18,261 bases of DNA, taken from an uncultured archaeon. GTDB taxonomy: Archaea; Aenigmatarchaeota; Aenigmatarchaeia; CG10238-14. The notes beneath the pieces are model-generated. The model was not told the origin of the DNA. It saw only the letters and a program-made list of their open reading frames with translations, and did no database searches. A program made the translations under genes and the position numbers. The stretch spans positions 1-18,261 of the forward strand of contig CAZRNP010000016.1 in NCBI GenBank assembly GCA_964601485.1, read 5' to 3'. Shown one piece after another: positions 5,919 through 12,589 of this stretch; the stretch's first letter is position 1, and each line of letters starts with the position of its first letter.

Positions 5919-7709
5919 TCATACTTTCGACCCCGAGTAACTGGCTCTAAATTCGCTTAAAAAGGGAATTGCATCAACTTCCTTCGAAGGGATGTGAATT
6001 GCAGTTCCCTTCATATAAGCTATCGAGTGAGAAGTATAATTTATTTCAAGTCTTTTAAGCATGTGCATAAATTGTTCGGGAAAATTTGGCCAATAGTTGA
6101 TAGTCGCTTCTGTAACCCGACCCCTATCCCAGATCGCTTGTTCAACGTAACCTCTTAAAAGATTTTCCCCCATCTTCGCTAGTTTCCATGCATTTTCTTC
6201 GTCAACTCTTTCTATACTGTTAAAATCTAAAATGGGGGATAGCTGTGAAGGGAGGCATCGAGCAAATCTCGTGTACTGACCTTTAAATTTTTTCTGTCCA
6301 AATTTTTTTAAACCTTCACCAGATTCTTTTCTTTCAGTTTTTGCGGGTTCGAAATCACCAAAAACCTTAAACCTTTCGAAAGATCTTTCCCCTAATGTCC
6401 TTCTTTCTCCGTAAGAAAAGGTAAAATTTTCATTTGAATAAGTAGTCTTTCCTTCAAATACAGAGCCGAATAGCATCCCTTGCATCTCTTCAGTAATCGG
6501 AAATTTTGGGTTTTTTATGATTAACCCTGCTCCAATTTTGGACCAATATCTTGGGTTATCTAATCTAATTCCAAGTTTTTCTATGGTATCTAACAGAGTT
6601 TTATTTATTACGCTCTTTCCTGTATAATACGTACTGACTATATCAGCTGCAATTCTCCCTATTTTTGAATGAACAGCATCTATATTCAATAAATAGGGTT
6701 TACCTTCATCAACCCAATTTAAAGCCAAAGAATAAGACCAAGGCCACTTATAAGATGTACACAAAACCCATTTCATTTTTTCGTTAGGGCTTCCCATTGC
6801 TTGAATAACTTTAGCTCTTTGCAAAGTTCCAAGGACTTCTTGTTTCTCTCTTATCTTTTGCAATGTAGTTTCAACTTGAGAAGTAGGGAGGAATTCCCCA
6901 AGTTTTTCTCTAAGGCTTTCAACCTTACTATAACCTGCTACGACTCCGTCTATTAATTCTAATAAAGGTTTTGGGTCAGTGTGGGTTTGAATTAATTCAA
7001 TCAAATCTTTTCTGGCCTCTAAGAAAGTCTTTGTAGAACCCCCGAGTCTCCTATCTATTTTTCTGATTGTTTCTCTTGCTTCATCCTTCTTCCCTCCATA
7101 AAGACCCATAGCATCAACCAATGCCTCCTCGTTCAAACCATAAGCTATGTAGTTGCTTATAGGCCCATAAAGTCCCCAATAGATTTTTTCAAAATCTTCT
7201 TTGATGATTCCAAAAGCTTCATGTAACGGATATCCTTTCAAGACTCTTAAATCTGCGACTTTTTCAAGGTCAGGAACTCCTCTGAAGAGAGTTTTAAGTA
7301 TAGGATGAACGGCAATTCCAAATGTGTAAAAAACTGCCTCTCTCTCTATGTATTCATTAGGATTTATTCCTCTTTCTAAAAGACGGGGTTCAGCTCTTTT
7401 ACCAGCTTCTAATAATATCTTTCTTTGATGTTCTCTCCAGATTCGTTCTTGTTTAAGCTCAGAGTTAATACCCCTAACTTGTTCAACTTCGCCTTTAAGA
7501 TCGGCATCAAACAAACGTTCAGCATGAAGTTCAACATCATGAGCGGTGGGATGAACCCTAATTCCTTCTACCTTAATTTCTTGAGTTTCAGCTTTTTTTA
7601 CTAAATCTTTAACCGCTTCATCTAATTGTTGTTCGAGTCTTTCCTCTTCGTCTTTCCAATGCCAAGACAGAGTATGACCTTCTGGTAGATTTCTCCAATC
7701 GATCTGCAT
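5919..7709 (-). CDS. conserved-looking cytosolic protein of unknown function (596 aa)
   Basis: Uninterrupted 1.8-kb ORF with an ATG start, balanced composition and no TM or signal peptide. I found no P-loop, HExxH, KxDG, class I/II aaRS or other diagnostic motif. Confidence 0.8.
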   Translation of the reverse strand: MQIDWRNLPEGHTLSWHWKDEEERLEQQLDEAVKDLVKKAETQEIKVEGIRVHPTAHDVELHAERLFDADLKGEVEQVRGINSELKQERIWREHQRKILLEAGKRAEPRLLERGINPNEYIEREAVFYTFGIAVHPILKTLFRGVPDLEKVADLRVLKGYPLHEAFGIIKEDFEKIYWGLYGPISNYIAYGLNEEALVDAMGLYGGKKDEARETIRKIDRRLGGSTKTFLEARKDLIELIQTHTDPKPLLELIDGVVAGYSKVESLREKLGEFLPTSQVETTLQKIREKQEVLGTLQRAKVIQAMGSPNEKMKWVLCTSYKWPWSYSLALNWVDEGKPYLLNIDAVHSKIGRIAADIVSTYYTGKSVINKTLLDTIEKLGIRLDNPRYWSKIGAGLIIKNPKFPITEEMQGMLFGSVFEGKTTYSNENFTFSYGERRTLGERSFERFKVFGDFEPAKTERKESGEGLKKFGQKKFKGQYTRFARCLPSQLSPILDFNSIERVDEENAWKLAKMGENLLRGYVEQAIWDRGRVTEATINYWPNFPEQFMHMLKRLEINYTSHSIAYMKGTAIHIPSKEVDAIPFLSEFRASYSGSKV

Positions 7710-7923
7710 ATTTTACCATTTAAATGAAAAAGTTAAATAGTTAATTAGTACCAGTAGATATGGCTCTAAATAATTTTCAGTTCCAACAACCTTTTGAGGT
7801 AGATTTCTGTTAAATCAAAAATTATAGTGGTGATCATAAACCTACCAACAAAGCATTTATTAATTAAATTATATTAAAATTTTACAAGCTTGAGAAAAAG
7901 AAAAATTTTAGAAAGAATTGTAG

Positions 7924-10266
7924 GTGAAAATGTTGGAATTTAAACCGAAGATTACAGAAAACAGATGGAATCCTGACTTAGAGAAAAAAATAAAGGAATC
8001 TTGGGAAAAAGAAAAAATCTACGCTTTTAAAGTCAACACAAAAAAGAAGACGTTTACTATAGACACGCCACCGCCATACCCATCTGGGAGGCCATGGCAC
8101 ATAGGCGCAGCGGCTCATTATTCACAGATTGACATGATAGCAAGGACAGCAAGGATGATGGGGTTTGAAGTTTTTTTTCCCATAGGCATCGACAGGAACG
8201 GTTTGCCCGTTGAACTCTACACTGAAAAAAAATACGGTATAAATATCCATGAAACCCCAAGAGAAAAATTCATTGAATTGTGCACGCATGCCCTCGATGA
8301 CTTGGAAGCAGAAATGATTCAGATAATGAAAGTTATGGGGCTGAGCGGGGATTTTGAAAACTATTATCGGACAGACTCAAAAGAATACAGGACTTTAACC
8401 CAATCAACGTTCATCGAACTATGGGATAAAGGCCTAATCTACGAAGACACTAGGCCGAACAATTATTGTGTTAAATGTGGTACGACAATAGCAGACGCAG
8501 AAATAGAATACGAGGAATTGCCGACTGAATTGATCCATGTTAAGTTTAAACTAAAAGGAACTGGTGAAGACATAATAATTGCAACTACAAGGCCAGAATT
8601 GTTGTGCTCTTGTGCTGCTGTCATATTCAACCCAAACGATAAAAGGTACAAGAACTTAGTAGGAAAACATGCGATAGTTCCTGTATTCAATAAAGAAGTA
8701 AAAATTCTTCCAAACCCTTATGCAAAAGAAGATTTCGGTTCTGGTTTAGTCATGGTGTGTTCCTACGGTGATTATTCTGACGTAAGGCTTTTTAGGGAGT
8801 TGAAACTGGAAGAAATCATTGCTGTCACGCCTGAAGGTAAGACGGGTGAGAATGCTGGTAAGTATGCTGGGTTATCTGTCAAAGAAGCGAGGAAAAAAAT
8901 CATCGAAGATTTAGAAAATAGTGGATTAATCCAGAAAAAAGAGGAAATAATGCACAGAACTCCTCTCTGTTACAGGAGTAAGACTCCCATAGAAATAATA
9001 CCCATGAAAGAGTATTACTTGAAACAACTCGATTTTATTCCCGAACTCCTCGCGATTGCTAAAAAAATAAAATTCTTTCCCGAGAGACACAGGCAGATCT
9101 TGGTAGACTGGGTTAATTCTTTGACTATCGATTGGCCGGTATCCAGGAGAAGGTATTATGGGACAGAGATACCAGTTTGGTATTGTAAGAATTGCAAGAA
9201 AGTGTGTCTGCCAGACCCAGGAAAATACTATCAACCGTGGAAAGACAACCCCCCGTTCAAAAAGTGTCCTCACTGTAAATCTGATAAAGGTTTTGAAGGC
9301 GATAACAGGACTTTTGATACTTGGATGGATTCGAGCGTTTCTCCATTGTTCATTTCAAAATACAAGAAAGATGATGAGTTTTTCAAGAAGACTTTCCCTT
9401 CTAGCATAAGGCCCCAAGCAAAAGACATCATAAGGACTTGGCTGCATTACACTATTTTGAGGTGCTATCAGTTGACGAAAAAACCTGCTTTTGATGGGGC
9501 GTGGATAATGGGTTACGGTGTTGATGAGAAAGGAGAAAGGATGAGTAAATCGAAAGGAAACGTCGTTGACCCAATACCGATTTTAGAGAAATACGGCGGT
9601 GATATATTCAGGTTCTGGGACGCTGCTGAAGCTGGTTTGGGCTCAGATTTTAGGTATTCTAACGATAGGATAGAAGGGTCTGCAAAATTCTTGACAAAAT
9701 TGTGGAATATCTCTAGGTTTATCTCTATGTTTCCAGAAATGAAAAAAACTGAATTGACAGCAACAGACAAGTGGATATTGTCAGAGTTGAATGAATTGAC
9801 TAAAAAATGTATTGAAGGTTATGAAAATTTTGATTTCTTCATTCCTGCAATCGCGATAAGAGAGTTTACTTGGAATCTTTTTGCTTCACATTATTTAGAA
9901 ATGGCAAAGCCAAGAGCATACGGGCAGGGGTTTAACGAAAAAGAACAGGAGGCTGCTTGGTATACTTTGCACCTTGTCCTGAAGACTTTGCTTAAGTTAT
10001 TTGCACCCATTGCTCCTTTTATTACTGACTATACTTGGAGAGAGCTGTACGGAAAAGAAAGCATACATCTAGAGCTCTTGCCTAAGCCTGAATGGGGGTT
10101 TGGCCTTGAAAAGTTCACCGGACAAATAACAGAATTCAACACAAACATCTGGAAAATGAAGAAGGATAAAGGACTTAGCTTGAAAACAGAGGTTAAAATC
10201 GAGGTTCCGAAAGAATTGAAGGTATTCGAGAAAGATCTAGTGATGATGCACAATATTAAGGCTTAA
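7924..10266 (+). CDS. valS: valine--tRNA ligase (archaeal type)
   Basis: Class I aaRS. It has the HIGH region PPPYPSGRPWHIGAAAHY, the editing (CP1) signature ATTRPELL and GSGLVMVCSYGD, the KMSKS loop ERMSKSKGN, and an anticodon-binding C-terminus. The size (~780 aa) fits archaeal ValRS. The start is ambiguous: GTG 7924 from the track, or ATG 7930. Confidence 0.88.
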   Translation: MKMLEFKPKITENRWNPDLEKKIKESWEKEKIYAFKVNTKKKTFTIDTPPPYPSGRPWHIGAAAHYSQIDMIARTARMMGFEVFFPIGIDRNGLPVELYTEKKYGINIHETPREKFIELCTHALDDLEAEMIQIMKVMGLSGDFENYYRTDSKEYRTLTQSTFIELWDKGLIYEDTRPNNYCVKCGTTIADAEIEYEELPTELIHVKFKLKGTGEDIIIATTRPELLCSCAAVIFNPNDKRYKNLVGKHAIVPVFNKEVKILPNPYAKEDFGSGLVMVCSYGDYSDVRLFRELKLEEIIAVTPEGKTGENAGKYAGLSVKEARKKIIEDLENSGLIQKKEEIMHRTPLCYRSKTPIEIIPMKEYYLKQLDFIPELLAIAKKIKFFPERHRQILVDWVNSLTIDWPVSRRRYYGTEIPVWYCKNCKKVCLPDPGKYYQPWKDNPPFKKCPHCKSDKGFEGDNRTFDTWMDSSVSPLFISKYKKDDEFFKKTFPSSIRPQAKDIIRTWLHYTILRCYQLTKKPAFDGAWIMGYGVDEKGERMSKSKGNVVDPIPILEKYGGDIFRFWDAAEAGLGSDFRYSNDRIEGSAKFLTKLWNISRFISMFPEMKKTELTATDKWILSELNELTKKCIEGYENFDFFIPAIAIREFTWNLFASHYLEMAKPRAYGQGFNEKEQEAAWYTLHLVLKTLLKLFAPIAPFITDYTWRELYGKESIHLELLPKPEWGFGLEKFTGQITEFNTNIWKMKKDKGLSLKTEVKIEVPKELKVFEKDLVMMHNIKA

Positions 10267-10347
10267 TGTGTCATTAATTCAGTATTTTAAGGGCGATAAT
10301 AGGCGAAAGGTTTATATTCTTTTCCTTCTATAGTTTGTAGGACGTTT

Positions 10348-11055
10348 ATGTATAGTCAAAGGAATAATGTTAATGACTGGGGATTGAAAAGAGAAAATAG
10401 TATTGATAATTATGCAAGAATTGTAAAGGCATCTATTGGCGGGATAAAAAAAACTAGATTAATGTCTGAAGCAGGTTTGAGTTTCACACAACTCAATGGA
10501 GTGAATAGACCGGATAAAAATACAGAGGGATATTTGAAAGAAGTTCTTTTATATCGATTAATAGAACCAAATAATGGAGATTATTGGACGACTGAGGAAG
10601 GTAAGGGATTTTTAAAACATTATCATAAGATGAGAAGTTATTTAAAACCAGGATATTCACCTAAATTCATTCCATCATCAAAACTACAAAGTACAAAACC
10701 CATTGTCGTTAAACAAAAAAAGAATGGAAAAAATCGTACTTTTTACGATATTATAGCTAGATGTGTAGAGGTATCAATTAACGGAATGAAAAAAACTAAA
10801 CTAATGTATGATGCGGGTTTGAACAATGAGAAATTAAAAGAATATAGGAATATACTCACAAGACTTGGATTAATGTTAGAAGAAGATAACAAGCTTTGGG
10901 CAACTGAAAAAGGTATTGAATTCTTAGAGGCTTATAAAATTACAAAGAATTATCTAAGAGACCCATCTGAGGTTTCAGTATCTATGCCAGTGCCACAAAC
11001 CATTATGCCAAATGGTAATGGTGGTTTTGTAAAAAATTTTCGTCAATTTAGTTAA
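10348..11055 (+). CDS. tandem winged-helix (HTH_45/DUF4364-like) DNA-binding protein
   Basis: Two internal repeats: NYARIVKASIGGIKKTRLMSEAGLSFTQL...YWTTEEGKGFLKHY and FYDIIARCVEVSINGMKKTKLMYDAGLNNEKLKEYRNILTRLGLMLEEDNKLWATEKGIEFLEAY. Each fits the archaeal wHTH pattern (G..KT.lMy.agL....l..Y...L...gLi......y.lTekG..fL..Y). A BRE/TATA-like GAAAGGTTTATATT lies ~35 nt upstream of the ATG. Confidence 0.8.
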   Translation: MYSQRNNVNDWGLKRENSIDNYARIVKASIGGIKKTRLMSEAGLSFTQLNGVNRPDKNTEGYLKEVLLYRLIEPNNGDYWTTEEGKGFLKHYHKMRSYLKPGYSPKFIPSSKLQSTKPIVVKQKKNGKNRTFYDIIARCVEVSINGMKKTKLMYDAGLNNEKLKEYRNILTRLGLMLEEDNKLWATEKGIEFLEAYKITKNYLRDPSEVSVSMPVPQTIMPNGNGGFVKNFRQFS

Positions 11056-11120
11056 AATCCTAAAACTTTTAAAAACTTAAATAAACGAATTATTAGTAAA
11101 AAGGAAAGAAATTATACACA

Positions 11121-11139
11121 GGTGGATACGATTTAACAC
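11121..11139 (+). repeat. 19-bp perfect direct repeat GGTGGATACGATTTAACAC (left copy)
   Basis: Identical to 12543-12561. Both copies are preceded by AAATTAT(A/T)-ACA. A second partial copy, TTTAACACAGAAT at 11159-11171, matches 12554-12566 at 12 of 13 positions. Confidence 0.9.
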
Positions 11140-11314
11140 ATATCATGATCAGGAAATCTTTAACACAGAATGCTTCTGAAAATTATAAATTCCCTAAGTT
11201 CTTATGGCCGAGGGAGATAATATCGTTCATGGACCCAATGAAATTAGAATCTCAAAGTTGATACAGTTACCAAAAAATCTATCTGATTCAGAAAAATAAA
11301 AAGAAAAGAAAGGT

Positions 11315-11482
11315 TTAAGCATCTCTAGCTTTCAATGTCTTTCTCCCATTTTCCTTTGCTCTATCAGCAGCCCTTTTAACCATAGCTGCTACATCTGTAT
11401 CAAGTCTCTTCAAGAACTCTTCACTTGCTCTTGCCTTTCCTTTAACTAATTCTCTAACTCCACTCTTAACGATTAAAGCCAT
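11315..11482 (-). CDS. small histone-fold protein (55 aa; archaeal histone / DUF1931-like), missing from the ORF track
   Basis: SD AAGGGGGTGG sits 6 nt upstream of ATG 11482. Translation is MALIVKSGVRELVKGKARASEEFLKRLDTDVAAMVKRAADRAKENGRKTLKARDA. The C-terminal A..A...GRKT(L/I)KA.D matches the L2/alpha3 junction signature of archaeal histones (HMf-type ...AGRKTIKAEDI). The protein ends right after it, so alpha3 is absent. Confidence 0.7.
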   Translation of the reverse strand: MALIVKSGVRELVKGKARASEEFLKRLDTDVAAMVKRAADRAKENGRKTLKARDA

Positions 11483-11540
11483 TTATTTCCACCCCCTTTA
11501 TGATTAAATTTTCATTTAATGGATTTAATATAATAGAAAA

Positions 11541-11666
11541 TCAAAAATATTTTCCTCTCTTCTTTCGCCTTATGTTGCTATCAAATGTATCCGACATGTG
11601 TGATAGTCTACCGAATTCATCAGGCATTATTTTCTTTTTTTGTGATGTGTAATAACCTTTTACCAT
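11541..11666 (-). CDS. possible 41-aa basic micro-protein
   Basis: Own translation is MVKGYYTSQKKKIMPDEFGRLSHMSDTFDSNIRRKKRGKYF. It has an ATG start but only a distant GAGGA upstream, and no homology was recognised. Confidence 0.25.
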   Translation of the reverse strand: MVKGYYTSQKKKIMPDEFGRLSHMSDTFDSNIRRKKRGKYF

Positions 11667-11727
11667 TTTATTTCTCTCATTATCCTCATGCTAAATCAAG
11701 TTGCTAAAAAAGAAAAGGGGTTAGTAT

Positions 11728-11826
11728 TTACTCGTTGCACACCAACGCTCTGTAACCCTCTGCCGCCATTCCTGAGACTAAATAAAACATTAATAGTCTC
11801 ATTGAAAATACTTTTAGTTTTTCCAT
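11728..11826 (-). CDS. possible 32-aa hydrophobic micro-protein (alternative frame to track ORF 11696..11878)
   Basis: SD AAGGTGA (complement of 11832-11838) sits 5 nt upstream of ATG 11826. Translation is MEKLKVFSMRLLMFYLVSGMAAEGYRALVCNE. The overlapping 60-aa track ORF starts at GTG without an SD. I cannot decide which frame, if either, is real. Confidence 0.3.
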   Translation of the reverse strand: MEKLKVFSMRLLMFYLVSGMAAEGYRALVCNE

Positions 11827-12090
11827 TAAACTCACCTTTCGGATTAATAATAACAAGAAGATGGTGGTAGTGTATCACCTTAAGGCACTATTCACTTCAA
11901 GTTCAAAGTCATTCAATAGTTAAATTAAAGTAATCTGTTATATTATATATGTATTATAAGTATTAATATATATCTATTATAGTATAAAATAAAAGTGTTA
12001 CACAATAAAGGAAATTAGGAAATGATAATGATTGGTGGTAGTTTCTAATTGACTTATATTCATCTTCTATGTCTTCTTCGTCTACTTTCT

Positions 12091-12288
12091 TCACCCAACG
12101 CCTCTTTTTTTATCGTCTTTTTTAATATCTTCTTTCTTTTTCTCCTGTTCTCCTTTCTTTTTCTTAACCTCTTTAGTTTTCATAATTGAATTTTCTTTTT
12201 CCAATCTATCTACTAGCTTGCTTGTTCTGCTATGATAAACTATTTTTTTGTGTTTCTTTATTTTCTTCATCCATAATGGTTCTTCCAT
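12091..12288 (-). CDS. possible 65-aa lysine/glutamate-rich protein (shorter form of track ORF 12091..12369)
   Basis: An internal ATG at 12288 is preceded by AAAGGA. Translation is MEEPLWMKKIKKHKKIVYHSRTSKLVDRLEKENSIMKTKEVKKKKGEQEKKKEDIKKDDKKRGVG. The sequence is low-complexity, so it could be a composition artefact. Confidence 0.3.
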   Translation of the reverse strand: MEEPLWMKKIKKHKKIVYHSRTSKLVDRLEKENSIMKTKEVKKKKGEQEKKKEDIKKDDKKRGVG

Positions 12289-12319
12289 AACTATCCTTTC
12301 TCTTATCGAGAATAAAAAT

Positions 12320-12391
12320 TTATTTGATTCTCCCTCTTGTATGTTTGCTACGATTAGGTTTACAACCACGACACCTTTTTTTATTTACCAT
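12320..12391 (-). CDS. possible 23-aa basic CxxC peptide
   Basis: A textbook SD AAGGTGA sits 7 nt upstream of ATG 12391. Translation is MVNKKRCRGCKPNRSKHTRGRIK. It overlaps the 5' part of the 92-aa track ORF in another frame. Confidence 0.3.
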   Translation of the reverse strand: MVNKKRCRGCKPNRSKHTRGRIK

Positions 12392-12542
12392 TTTTTTTCA
12401 CCTTATTTTAATTCTTTAATCTTTTGTTGAATTATATTCCTAAAGAACAAAAATTTATCTTTTTCCCAAATTATTCAATGGGATAAAGGATTTGAAAATA
12501 AAACAGTTAAAGATAAAAATGCCCTTATAAATTATTAACAGA

Positions 12543-12561
12543 GGTGGATACGATTTAACAC
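12543..12561 (+). repeat. 19-bp perfect direct repeat GGTGGATACGATTTAACAC (right copy, inside the aRF1 leader / open frame)
   Basis: Identical to 11121-11139. It lies within the stretch 12539-12589 that is open in the aRF1 frame. Confidence 0.9.
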
Positions 12562-12589
12562 TGAATCCTTAATCAAACTGAGAAAACTC

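Noticed and set aside
8080-8110. ValRS HIGH signature reads W-H-I-G-A-A-A-H-Y (H-I-G-A instead of H-I/M-G-H)
   Set aside because: The fourth position of HIGH is variable among class I synthetases, and I cannot recall the archaeal ValRS consensus reliably enough. Without an alignment this is not a supportable anomaly.
8057-10253. Track ORFs inside valS on the opposite strand or off-frame (8057..8260, 8463..8690, 8926..9273, 9158..9409, 9513..9770, 10029..10253)
   Set aside because: All are nested within a confidently identified 780-aa ValRS gene. They have Ser/Leu/Phe/Cys-rich nonsense composition and no start context. They are shadow ORFs.
11145-11261. 38-aa plus-strand ORF (MIRKSLTQNASENYKFPKFLWPREIISFMDPMKLESQS) as a displaced N-terminal exon or pseudogene copy of aRF1
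   Set aside because: The resemblance to the aRF1 N-terminus (xKxxKxL ... E-I/L-I-S-F/L-x-x-P) is weak. The ORF is in a different frame from the shared 19-mer reading (IRFNT). Joining the repeats by recombination does not create an in-frame ATG-initiated aRF1. It is kept only as context for the junction scar.
11733-11800. GC-richer patch containing CTGTAACC, reminiscent of the SRP RNA Alu-domain UGUAAC motif, raising the idea of an SRP or RNase P RNA gene
   Set aside because: The surrounding sequence is far too AT-rich and short to build the long helices of a ~300-nt archaeal SRP RNA. Only two short hairpins are present. The GC enrichment is equally explained by Gly/Ala/Arg codons of the overlapping minus-strand ORFs.
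11688-12430. Plus-strand ORFs 11688..11870 and 12248..12430 in the AT-rich island
   Set aside because: No SD or promoter context was seen. They are antisense to SD-led minus-strand micro-ORFs. Their translations are low-complexity (Phe/Ile/Leu/Ser-rich), as expected from reading poly-A/T tracts.
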